Both the position numbers and the translations under genes were made by a program. From an uncultured Aliarcobacter sp. (GTDB taxonomy: Bacteria > Campylobacterota > Campylobacteria > Campylobacterales > Arcobacteraceae), in assembly GCA_963677435.1 (NCBI GenBank), contig OY781945.1, forward strand, positions 1,312,001-1,376,000: 64,000 bases of DNA, read 5' to 3'. Below the pieces are notes generated by a model. It was not told where the DNA came from, did no database searches, and worked only from the letters and a program-made list of their open reading frames with translations. Of this stretch, positions 18,061-27,651 are shown piece by piece (position 1 is the stretch's first letter; every line of letters begins with the position of its first letter).

Positions 18061-19179
18061 GTGGATAAATTTAATATTTTATTAGTTGATGATGTATCTG
18101 AGAATATATACTCTTTAAAAATGATGATTGAAGATAGTTTTGATGTAAATATTTTTTCTGCATTAAGTGCCCAAGAAGGTATGGAAATATTAATGAAAGA
18201 AAATATAGATTTAATTTTAACTGATGTTCAAATGCCTGAAATTGATGGTTTTGAATTTGTCGAATATTTAAAAAATATTGAAAAAACAAAAGATATCCCT
18301 GTTATTTTTATAACAGGGATTTATGATAAAGATGAATATAAAACAAAAGGTTATAATTTAGGTGCAATTGAATATATTACAAAACCTATTCACGATATTT
18401 TATTAAACTCAAAATTAAAAGTTTATATTGATATTTTTGAAAAAAGAAAACAAAATGAAGAGCAAATTGCTACAAAAGATAGAGTTTTAATTCATCAATC
18501 AAAAATGGCAACTATGGGTGAAATGATAGGTGTTATTGCACATCAATTAAAACAACCATTAAATATTTTATCTTTATATTGTAATGATGTAAAAGACTCT
18601 TATATGATAGAAGAAATTGATGATAAATTTATTGATGATTTTTCAAAAAATACAAAAGAGCAAATCAAATTCTTAAGTGAGACAATAGATGGATTTAGAG
18701 ATTTTTTTAATCCTAATAAACAAAAAAGAGTTTTTGAAATAAAACAGGCTATAGAAAAATCTTTAAAACTTATGGGAAATCAAATTGAAGTTAATCATGT
18801 AAAATTAAATTTAGAAGTTGATGATGAAAAAGTTTATGGTATTGAAACAGAATTAGAACAAATTTTTCTAAATATACTTAATAATTCTTTAGATGCTTTT
18901 AAAGAAAGAGATACTCAAAATAGAGAAATTAATATTAAGATTTTTTCGAAACAATCTTATACAATAGTAATTATGGAAGATAATGCTGGTGGAGTTAAAG
19001 AACAAAGTTTAGAAAAGATTTTTGATCCATATTACACAACAAAATCAAATGGAACAGGAACTGGTCTTTATATGGTAAAACTTGTAATAAAAAATAGTTT
19101 TCAAGGGGATTTAAAGATTAATAATAGTGAGAAAGGGTTAAGATATATTATAGCTTTACCCCAAAAAGAAGAGATTTAA
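18061..19179 (+). CDS. Receiver-histidine kinase hybrid
   Basis: ILLVDD, DVQMP, KP receiver domain; IAHQLKQPL H-box; DNAGG, GTGTGLY. Confidence 0.92.
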   Translation: MDKFNILLVDDVSENIYSLKMMIEDSFDVNIFSALSAQEGMEILMKENIDLILTDVQMPEIDGFEFVEYLKNIEKTKDIPVIFITGIYDKDEYKTKGYNLGAIEYITKPIHDILLNSKLKVYIDIFEKRKQNEEQIATKDRVLIHQSKMATMGEMIGVIAHQLKQPLNILSLYCNDVKDSYMIEEIDDKFIDDFSKNTKEQIKFLSETIDGFRDFFNPNKQKRVFEIKQAIEKSLKLMGNQIEVNHVKLNLEVDDEKVYGIETELEQIFLNILNNSLDAFKERDTQNREINIKIFSKQSYTIVIMEDNAGGVKEQSLEKIFDPYYTTKSNGTGTGLYMVKLVIKNSFQGDLKINNSEKGLRYIIALPQKEEI

Positions 19180-19191
19180 ATCTCTTCTTTT
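19164..19191. terminator. Perfect 28-bp palindrome centred on overlapping TAA/TAA stops
   Basis: AAAAGAAGAGATTT|AAATCTCTTCTTTT. Confidence 0.65.
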
Positions 19192-22100
19192 ATTTCTTCT
19201 TCTTTTTTCTCACGACTTAGTTTTGAAATTAAAATATAAAACATTGGAATAAATATAATTGCAATAAATGTTGCAGCTAACATTCCTCCAATAACTCCTG
19301 TTCCAATAGCATGTCTACTTGCAGCACCTGCTCCATTACTAATAGCTAATGGAACTGTTCCAAGTGTAAATGCCAATGAAGTCATAATAATTGGTCTAAG
19401 TCTTATCTTAGCAGCTTCTAGTGCTGCATCCATTACACTAAATCCTTCTTTTTGTTTTTGTAGGGCAAACTCTACAATTAAGATGGCATTTTTAGCTGCA
19501 AGTCCTGCAAGAACTAAAAGTCCAATTTGGAAATAAATATCATTTTCTAAACCTCTTAACAGCGTTGCTAGAATTGCTCCAAACATTGCAAATGGAACAG
19601 CTAAAACAACTGAAATTGGTAATAACCATTTCCCATATAAAGCAGCCAAAATTAAGAATAATAAAACAATACCAAAAATAAAGGCTACTGCTGAACTACT
19701 AGAAATTTGTTTTTCTTGATAAGCAGTTCCAATCCAACTGATTGTATAACCAGAAGGTAAAATTTCATTTGAAACTTCTTCAATAGCTTTTAATGCATCT
19801 CCTGAACTATATCCAGCAGCTGGTTGTCCTGATACTTTTGCAGCTTGGAAAAGATTAAATCTTTCTATTAAGTCAGCACCCACAGTTTTTTTAATATTTA
19901 CAAAAGAACTTATAGGTAAAAGTTCACCATTATTTCCCTTAACAAAAATATATTTTAAGTCTTCTGCACTTTTTCTATATTCACCATCAGCTTGTAAATT
20001 TACTTTATAAGTTCTTCCATATAAAGAGAAATCATTTACATAATAACTTCCAAAAGTAGCATTAATAGTATTATAAATATCTTCAATACTTACCCCTTTT
20101 GCTTTTGCTTTTGGGATATTAACATCAATTTTATATTGTGGAATATTTGCAGAAAGAGAACTTCTTACACCCATTAGTTCAGGTCTTTCTTTTGATTTTG
20201 CAATAATTTGATTAACTATTTTTTCTAAATCTTGGATATTCCCACCTGTTCTATCTTGAACATACATCTCAAATCCACCTGCAATACTCATTCCCATAAT
20301 AGGTGGTGGTAAAACACCAAATGAGAATCCATCAGATGTAGCTAAAACTTGTCCACTTAATCTTTTTAATACTGCATCAGCTTGTTGATCAGGATTTGGT
20401 CTTTCATCCCAAGGATTAAGTTTAATAATAGTTGCAGCTGCGTGTGTTCTTTGTGAAGATGATGTTAAGTCATACCCACCAATTGTGATAATATCTTTTA
20501 CATTAGGATCTTTTTCTATAATAGTATTTAATTCATTTGTAAATTCATCTGTTCTAGAAATAGAAGCACCAGCTGGATTAAAACTAAATACAAAAATTGT
20601 TCCTTGATCTTCATTTGGAACAAGTCCTGTTTTCATAGATTTAAACATATCATATGAAACAAAAATTAATCCACCAAAAAGTAAGATTGAAATAAGAGAA
20701 AATTTGATAGTTTTTTTAACTAAATAAGAATAACTATCTGTCGCTTTATCAAAAAAGTTATTAAACCATACAAACAAGAAAAATGTAGGTTTTTTGTGGT
20801 CATCTTTTAATAGAGATGCACAAAGTGAGGGTGTTAAAGTTAATGCAACAAAACCTGAAATAACAATTGAAATAACAATTGTAATAGCAAATTGTCTATA
20901 CATTTCCCCTGATAACCCACCCATAAAAGCTACAGGAATAAATACTGCTGAAAGAACTAGAACAATTGCAACAATTGCACCTGAAACCTCTTTCATAGCT
21001 TTAAAGGCAGCTTCTCTTGGAGCCATTCCCTCACTCATGTGTCTTTCAACATTTTCAATAACAATAATAGCATCATCAACAACGATACCAATAGCTAAAA
21101 CTAAACCAAATAGTGTTAGCAAGTTAATACTGAATCCTAAAGCATATATTCCAGCAAATGCTCCAACGATTGATACTGGAACTGCTAAAATAGGAATTAG
21201 AGTTGCTCTCCAATTTTGTAAGAATAAGAAAATAATTAAAATAACTAATACAATAGCTTCTGCAAAAGTTTTTGCAACTTCTTTAATAGAAATCTCAACA
21301 AATTGAGTACTGTCATAAGGAACACTATATTCTATACCTTCAGGGAAATTCTTTTTAGCTTCATCTAAAGATTTTTTTACTGCTTTTGCAGTTTCTAGTG
21401 CATTTGAACCACTTTGTAAAAAAATTCCGATAGGAATTGCTGGTGCATTATTTAATTTTGTAATCATGTCATAACTTGAACTTCCTAGTTCTATATTTGC
21501 AATATCTTTTAAAAGAAGTGAACTTCCATCTTCATTTGCTCTAATTACAATATTTCCAAACTGCTCTGGACTACTCAATCTTTCAGGAGTTTGAATAGTA
21601 TAAGTAAACATTTGTTTATCTTTTATTGGTTCAGCACCAATTTTACCCGCTGAGTATTGATTATTTTGCTCTTTAATAACATTTATTATATCAGTTGTAC
21701 TAAGTGAATATTTAGAGAGTTTTGTAGGGTCAATCCAAACTTTTATGGCATAATCTTTTGCACCATAAATCATTGCATCACCAACACCTCTTATTCTTTT
21801 TAAATCATCAACTATATTCATTAATGCATAGTTAGATAAATAAGTTGTATCATATGTATTCGATGGAGAATTAAGCATAATAAATTGTAAAATACTTGGA
21901 CTTCTCTCTCTTACATTTACACCTTGTCTTTGTACTTGTTCTGGAAGTTTTGATAGGGCTGCTTGAACTCTATTATTTACATCTATTTTTGCAGAATCTG
22001 CATCAGTTCCAACTTCAAAAAATACATTAATACTAACTCGTCCACTATCTTCAGAAACAGAGTTCATATAAAGCATATCTTTTGCACCATTTATTTGCTC

Positions 22101-22301
22101 TTCAATAGGAGCAGCAACCGTTTTTGCTAAAGTATCAGCACTAGCACCTGGATAGTTAGTACTTACAATAATTTGAGGAGGAATAACTCTTGGGTATTGC
22201 TCAATTGGTAAATTTATCATAGCAGCAAGACCAGCTAAAACTATGACAATAGATACAACTGCTGCAAATACAGGGTTTTTAATAAAAAATGAAGAAAACA
22301 T
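19176..22301 (-). CDS. RND efflux transporter permease (AcrB/CmeB family)
   Basis: 1041 aa; GIVVDDAIIVIEN, KNAILIVEFA, RLRPIIMTS. Confidence 0.97.
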   Translation of the reverse strand: MFSSFFIKNPVFAAVVSIVIVLAGLAAMINLPIEQYPRVIPPQIIVSTNYPGASADTLAKTVAAPIEEQINGAKDMLYMNSVSEDSGRVSINVFFEVGTDADSAKIDVNNRVQAALSKLPEQVQRQGVNVRERSPSILQFIMLNSPSNTYDTTYLSNYALMNIVDDLKRIRGVGDAMIYGAKDYAIKVWIDPTKLSKYSLSTTDIINVIKEQNNQYSAGKIGAEPIKDKQMFTYTIQTPERLSSPEQFGNIVIRANEDGSSLLLKDIANIELGSSSYDMITKLNNAPAIPIGIFLQSGSNALETAKAVKKSLDEAKKNFPEGIEYSVPYDSTQFVEISIKEVAKTFAEAIVLVILIIFLFLQNWRATLIPILAVPVSIVGAFAGIYALGFSINLLTLFGLVLAIGIVVDDAIIVIENVERHMSEGMAPREAAFKAMKEVSGAIVAIVLVLSAVFIPVAFMGGLSGEMYRQFAITIVISIVISGFVALTLTPSLCASLLKDDHKKPTFFLFVWFNNFFDKATDSYSYLVKKTIKFSLISILLFGGLIFVSYDMFKSMKTGLVPNEDQGTIFVFSFNPAGASISRTDEFTNELNTIIEKDPNVKDIITIGGYDLTSSSQRTHAAATIIKLNPWDERPNPDQQADAVLKRLSGQVLATSDGFSFGVLPPPIMGMSIAGGFEMYVQDRTGGNIQDLEKIVNQIIAKSKERPELMGVRSSLSANIPQYKIDVNIPKAKAKGVSIEDIYNTINATFGSYYVNDFSLYGRTYKVNLQADGEYRKSAEDLKYIFVKGNNGELLPISSFVNIKKTVGADLIERFNLFQAAKVSGQPAAGYSSGDALKAIEEVSNEILPSGYTISWIGTAYQEKQISSSSAVAFIFGIVLLFLILAALYGKWLLPISVVLAVPFAMFGAILATLLRGLENDIYFQIGLLVLAGLAAKNAILIVEFALQKQKEGFSVMDAALEAAKIRLRPIIMTSLAFTLGTVPLAISNGAGAASRHAIGTGVIGGMLAATFIAIIFIPMFYILISKLSREKKEEEIKEEI

Positions 22302-22302
22302 A

Positions 22303-23415
22303 TTATTTCTCTTTATTTAAAATTTGAATTTTTGTATCAGGTCTTAGTTTTGCCATATTACTGATAACAATTTGGTCATTTTCATTTAATCCACTCTCGA
22401 TTACAATTCCTTCTTTTACTAAAATTCCAGTTGTTACAGGTCTTAATTTTGCAATTGAATTTTCAATTACATAAACAAAACTACCTTGAGAAGTTTTTAA
22501 AATTGCATTTTCAGGAATAACATAAACTTTTCCTAAATCAAGATTTTGGATTTCTACTTTTCCAAATTCTCCAATTAAAATATTATTATTTTCATTTTTG
22601 AATTCTGCTCTTAAAAAAAGTGTATCTGTATTAGAATCTATTTTAGGAGATATATAATCAATTACTCCATTTTCATAAGTTTTATTGCTAGTAAGAAGAT
22701 TTATTTTTACAGATTTATTTTTAATTTGATCAAGATATCTTATAACATCATCTTTTGCAAGTGAAAACTCAGCATAAACAGGATTTGTATTTGTAATAGT
22801 TACTAATAAAGAATCTGAATCATTTGACCCAACTAAATTTCCAACATCTGTTTTTCTAATTCCGACAATTCCATCAATTGGCGCATAAATTTTTGTATAA
22901 TCAAATTGAATTTGGCTATTTTGTAAAGATGCTTTTGCACTTTCAACTTGTGCCAATGCATTTTCATATGAATAAGTATATTCATCAGCTTGTTGAACAC
23001 TGATTGATTTTGTTTTTATTAAAGAATTAGATCTTTCATAGTCTTTTTTTGCTTTTTTAAAATTTGCTTCAGCTGTTTTTAGATTTGCTTTCGCAACATT
23101 TAAATTAGCTAAATATGTATTTTGTTCAATTTTGTATAATAAAGTTCCTTTTTTTACAAAATCACCCTCATTAAAATATTTCTCAACTAAGATACCTTTT
23201 ACCCTAGCAATTACATCTACTTCTTCAGAACTTTTAATTAAAGAAGGGTAAGTTTTTGTTGTAGTTGATACTTTATTTTCTATTTTAAATGCTTGTACAG
23301 GAAGAGCAGGCATTGGAGCTTTTTCTTCTGCATATAATGTATTTAATCCAAATATAATAAATGCAGTTGCAATTATTCTTTTTCCTGAAAACAGGATTTC
23401 ATTTTGTTTTATCAT
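22303..23415 (-). CDS. RND periplasmic adaptor (AcrA/CmeA family)
   Basis: ARVKG...EGDFVKKG..LY.I, IYAPIDG lipoyl/hairpin motifs. Confidence 0.95.
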   Translation of the reverse strand: MIKQNEILFSGKRIIATAFIIFGLNTLYAEEKAPMPALPVQAFKIENKVSTTTKTYPSLIKSSEEVDVIARVKGILVEKYFNEGDFVKKGTLLYKIEQNTYLANLNVAKANLKTAEANFKKAKKDYERSNSLIKTKSISVQQADEYTYSYENALAQVESAKASLQNSQIQFDYTKIYAPIDGIVGIRKTDVGNLVGSNDSDSLLVTITNTNPVYAEFSLAKDDVIRYLDQIKNKSVKINLLTSNKTYENGVIDYISPKIDSNTDTLFLRAEFKNENNNILIGEFGKVEIQNLDLGKVYVIPENAILKTSQGSFVYVIENSIAKLRPVTTGILVKEGIVIESGLNENDQIVISNMAKLRPDTKIQILNKEK

Positions 23416-24641
23416 TTTATGTTTTCCTCTAATTTTTTACCACTATAGTAAAGTATATTTGCTTTTTTAATTTCTAAATCATTTTGTGCAGTTCTTAATT
23501 GACTAAGAGCTGTAAATTTTTCACTTAAACTTTCTAAAAATGACACATTATCAATTAATCCATTTTGATATTTTGACTTAATAACATCATATGCAGTTGT
23601 TGCAGCTTTTAGATTTGCTTCAGAAGATCTGATTTTTAATTTTGAAATTTCATAAGCTTTTATTGCTAATTGTAAATCAACATTTGCTTTATTTTTTTCA
23701 TATTCATAATTCAATTTTGATGATAGATAATCTTTATATTTTGATTCATATTTATATTTTGTTTCACCAAAAGAGAAAATATTCCATTTTAAACTTGCTG
23801 TTGCAATATTTTGATGATCTAAAGAGTTGCTAAATGCATCATTATTATAATCTGAATCATAATATGTAAAAGTATTATCAAGTGTAATTGTTGGTAAATA
23901 ACCACTTTTTTCACTTCTTGAATTTGCAAGTTTTGTATCTAAATCATATTCTAATGATTTTAAATCAAATCTTGAATCAATTTGTGCATCATTTTCTAAT
24001 TCATTAATATGAGAACCAGCATCAATAGAAACTTTTTGACCTGTAATATATTCTAGGTTATGAAGTACAGTTATTATTTCAAGTTCTATTTCTTGTAATG
24101 AAACTTTTGAACTTTCTAATCTAGAAATAATTTTTTGAACTTCATCTTCTGTTGTTGTTCCAGCATCTAAAAATCTAGATAATCTTGACATTTCAGAATC
24201 TAATTGTTCAATCTCTTTTATCTTTGCATCTTTTTGTGAGATGAATGATAGATAATTATAATAGTAAGTTATTACTTTTAATGCAATATCATTTTTTAAA
24301 GCTAATATTGATTCTTCGTTACTTTTTATTGTAGATTCGTAACTATCATAAATGTCCGATTTTTTCCCACCATCATAAAGTTCGTAACTAAGGCTTGCAT
24401 AAGTTTTTGATGAATTTTTGGGAACGCTACTTGTTTCCTTATCTGTTATTGAGTGACTAGCACCAACATCTAAACTCGGCATATAACCACTTTTAATACT
24501 TTCGTATTCATCTTTTATAGAGTCTAAACTCTTTTGTGAAGAGTCAACCTGCTTATTTTGTATAGACAAATTAACTAACTCTTCTAAATTTTGAGCTGAC
24601 AAAAAAAGAGGAACTAAAAAAATAAAATATAATTTTTTCAA
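23412..24641 (-). CDS. TolC-family outer-membrane efflux protein
   Basis: Signal peptide, two YMPSL/YLPTI repeats, LYDGG; first gene of the efflux operon. Confidence 0.92.
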   Translation of the reverse strand: MKKLYFIFLVPLFLSAQNLEELVNLSIQNKQVDSSQKSLDSIKDEYESIKSGYMPSLDVGASHSITDKETSSVPKNSSKTYASLSYELYDGGKKSDIYDSYESTIKSNEESILALKNDIALKVITYYYNYLSFISQKDAKIKEIEQLDSEMSRLSRFLDAGTTTEDEVQKIISRLESSKVSLQEIELEIITVLHNLEYITGQKVSIDAGSHINELENDAQIDSRFDLKSLEYDLDTKLANSRSEKSGYLPTITLDNTFTYYDSDYNNDAFSNSLDHQNIATASLKWNIFSFGETKYKYESKYKDYLSSKLNYEYEKNKANVDLQLAIKAYEISKLKIRSSEANLKAATTAYDVIKSKYQNGLIDNVSFLESLSEKFTALSQLRTAQNDLEIKKANILYYSGKKLEENIK

Positions 24642-24689
24642 AATAACTCCTTGTAATTTTTCTGATTGTTGATTTTAGAATAAAAAAAC

Positions 24690-24721
24690 TTAAATATATC
24701 TTTCCAGAAAGATATATTTAA
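24690..24721. promoter_or_regulatory. Putative MarR operator
   Basis: TTAAATATATCTTTC-ca-GAAAGATATATTTAA, perfect 15-bp inverted repeat between the divergent tolC-like and marR-like genes. Confidence 0.8.
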
Positions 24722-24745
24722 TATTTATTTGGTTAAAATTTCACC

Positions 24746-25222
24746 ATGGATAAAAAATATATAGATAATTTTTACAATACAACAGTAAAATTAAAAGAAT
24801 ACGAAGTTTTTGCATTAACATTGCCAATAACATTATTACATAAAGATATGTTTAATAAAAATGAACATTTTTTTAAAACAAAATATGATTTATTACATTC
24901 TCATATATCAGTTTTAGCTTCTCTTTATTTTAATAAAAATGCTCTTTCTCCCACAGAATTATATGATGCAACTCTGTTTTCCTCTGGTGGAATGACAAAA
25001 GTTTTAAAAAAACTTGAAGATAGAAATCTAATAGAACGAATACCCTCACCAAATGATAAAAGAAGTATGCTTATTAATTTGACAAAAGAAGGTGAAGTCT
25101 TAATAATAGAGTGTATGGAAGGTCTTGTTGAATCAAAAGAAAAATTGTTTAGTGTATTAACTCAAAAAGAGAAAAAAGATTTACAAAATATCTTAGCAAA
25201 AGTAATATATTCTATGATTTAA
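24746..25222 (+). CDS. MarR-family transcriptional regulator
   Basis: SPTEL...SSGGMTKVLKKLE...R.PSPNDKRS...LTKEG. Confidence 0.93.
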   Translation: MDKKYIDNFYNTTVKLKEYEVFALTLPITLLHKDMFNKNEHFFKTKYDLLHSHISVLASLYFNKNALSPTELYDATLFSSGGMTKVLKKLEDRNLIERIPSPNDKRSMLINLTKEGEVLIIECMEGLVESKEKLFSVLTQKEKKDLQNILAKVIYSMI

Positions 25223-25283
25223 ATTAATTTTATTTGATATAATAGATATTGATAATTCAAATTAATTTCTATAAAGTATTTTT

Positions 25284-26927
25284 ATGAAAAAATTAATATT
25301 AATAATCTTTTTAAGTATCTTTTCTTTTTCAAATGAAATAGACTTAAGCCATTCAAAATGGGAGTACAAATGGGGAGATTCACCATTTGAAAATAATATT
25401 CCTTTATGGACTTTAAAAGATGATAACTCTTTATCTTGGAAAGAGATAAAATACCCCTCTAATCCTCCTAATAGAAATAATCAAACAAATATTTGGTTTA
25501 GGGTTAAGTTGCCTGATACTCTGCCAAATGATCCTTATTTGTATATTGTAAGTACAGATTTAATTAATCAAGTTTATTATGAAAGTAAAGAAATTTATCA
25601 TTTTGGAGAGTTTGATAAAAATGGAAAAGGTGAATTTAAAGGTTGGCCTTTCCATTTTATTTCATTAGCAAATGATAGTTCAGGAAAATACTTATATTTT
25701 AGAATTTATTCTAATTATTCTGATATTGGATTTTGGGGTGAGATTTTAATATCTTCAAAAGTTGATATATTTGAAAAACTATTTAAAAATGATCTACCAA
25801 ATATTATGGTTGGTTCAATCTCTATATTTGTGTCAATACTGTTTTTATTAACTTTTTTAGCTAAGATTAAAAGAGTAGAATTATTGATTTTAGGTTTATT
25901 ATTTTTAACCCAAGGTCTTAATGTTTTTTTCTCATCTAAAATAATTGAAATTTATTTTTATTTTCCACTTTTAAAACAATATATACTAGCAATTGCTTAT
26001 TTCTTTTTCCCTTTAGGAATGGCACTATTTATGGATAAATCAATAGATTATAAAGTACCTTTTAATTTAATAAAAAGAGTTTGGCAGTTTCATTTAATAT
26101 ATCTATTAGGAGCAATTTTTGGTTCTTTATTAGGTTTTTATAATCTTCCTTCTACATATGAATATTTTGATGTTTTTTATAACTTTATAACTCTACCTAT
26201 TTTAACAGTATTTATGATTTATTTTTTTATTATAGGTGATAAACAAATAAAAATCATTACTTTTAGTTTTTTTATAATTTCAATTTATTGGCTTTATTCT
26301 ACTTTAATAGCAGCTGGACTTGTACCGTGGGAAGAGTATCCAAGTGATATTGCAGTTTTTATTTGTTTATTACTTTTATCTCATTCTATGGTTATTAAAT
26401 TAACTTATACAAAAGAGTTAGAAGAAGAAAAGGAGGTCTTAACAATACTTTCTTCTACTGATTATCTAACAAAATTGAATAATAGAAAAGAAATAGATTC
26501 ATTATTGAAATTAAATGAAGAAATATATATAAGTTCAAAAGATAATTTTTCATTAATTTTATTAGATATAGATGATTTTAAAATGGTTAATGATACATAT
26601 GGACACCTAGTGGGTGATGATGTTCTTATTAATATTTCAAATATTTTACTAAAATTCACGAGAAAAACAGATAGTGTTGGAAGATGGGGAGGTGAAGAAT
26701 TTATTATTATTTGCCCTAATACAAATATAGAAGATGCATCAAAATTAGCGGAAAAGTTAAGGGATAAAATTTCTAAATATCAATTTGAAAAAGTAGGTCA
26801 TAAAACAGCAAGTTTTGGAGTAGTTTCTTATAGAGAAGATGATTCTTTGAATGAACTTCTTGCAAGAGTTGATGATGCAATGTATCTTGCGAAGTCCAAA
26901 GGTAAAAATAGAGTTGAGAAGATGTAG
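25284..26927 (+). CDS. Multi-TM sensor diguanylate cyclase (7TM-DISM-like plus GGEEF)
   Basis: Periplasmic N-terminal domain, ~7 TM helices, DIDDFK.VNDTYGH, RWGGEEF. Confidence 0.9.
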   Translation: MKKLILIIFLSIFSFSNEIDLSHSKWEYKWGDSPFENNIPLWTLKDDNSLSWKEIKYPSNPPNRNNQTNIWFRVKLPDTLPNDPYLYIVSTDLINQVYYESKEIYHFGEFDKNGKGEFKGWPFHFISLANDSSGKYLYFRIYSNYSDIGFWGEILISSKVDIFEKLFKNDLPNIMVGSISIFVSILFLLTFLAKIKRVELLILGLLFLTQGLNVFFSSKIIEIYFYFPLLKQYILAIAYFFFPLGMALFMDKSIDYKVPFNLIKRVWQFHLIYLLGAIFGSLLGFYNLPSTYEYFDVFYNFITLPILTVFMIYFFIIGDKQIKIITFSFFIISIYWLYSTLIAAGLVPWEEYPSDIAVFICLLLLSHSMVIKLTYTKELEEEKEVLTILSSTDYLTKLNNRKEIDSLLKLNEEIYISSKDNFSLILLDIDDFKMVNDTYGHLVGDDVLINISNILLKFTRKTDSVGRWGGEEFIIICPNTNIEDASKLAEKLRDKISKYQFEKVGHKTASFGVVSYREDDSLNELLARVDDAMYLAKSKGKNRVEKM

Positions 26928-26940
26928 TTAAAAAAATAAA

Positions 26941-27606
26941 TTATTTTTGATAAACTGCAAAAAAATGAGGAACACTAGGAACTTGCTCATCATCATAAGC
27001 TAAAAAACTAATCAGTGTTAGTTTATCAATAGTAACAAATTCATCCATTTCAGATTTAGAAAGTGGAAAAGGAATTTCATCCTCTTTTTCACCTTCATTT
27101 CTACTTCTGCAAGAGACTAAGATATAACCATCTTTTGCAAGGAGTGAACTCATAGCAACTCTTGCTTTTTTTCTATAACCATTTGGTAAAACTTGGATAG
27201 TATTACACTCATAAATCACATCAAATTTTTCAAACCACTCTTTTGGATAATCAAATAAATCAGCAACCACATAGTTAACATTTGTATCTTTATATCTATC
27301 TTTGCATAATTCAATAGCACTAGGAGATATATCAAAAGCAGTAACATCAAAACCAAACTCACTCAAAGCCTGAGCATCATCTCCAACTCCACAACCAATA
27401 ACACAAGCAGTTTTATTTGTTTTTTTAACATGATTTTCTTTTAACCAATCTACTAAATAAGGACTTGGTTCTAAATCAGCCCAAAAAACTTTTGTAAAAT
27501 CACCTTGCGCATTTTTATAAATAGAGTCAAACCAACCCGTTGGGTCATTGTTTTCTTGATGAGTTTTTACCATCTTTACATATTTTTCTAAGTTGAAATT
27601 TTCCAT
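26941..27606 (-). CDS. Class I SAM-dependent methyltransferase (TPMT-like)
   Basis: VIGCGVGDDA, AFDISPSAI, ADLF. Confidence 0.88.
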   Translation of the reverse strand: MENFNLEKYVKMVKTHQENNDPTGWFDSIYKNAQGDFTKVFWADLEPSPYLVDWLKENHVKKTNKTACVIGCGVGDDAQALSEFGFDVTAFDISPSAIELCKDRYKDTNVNYVVADLFDYPKEWFEKFDVIYECNTIQVLPNGYRKKARVAMSSLLAKDGYILVSCRSRNEGEKEDEIPFPLSKSEMDEFVTIDKLTLISFLAYDDEQVPSVPHFFAVYQK

Positions 27607-27651
27607 AACTTGCCTTTGCCTTTTTTTATAATATAAACTTTAAATACAAAA

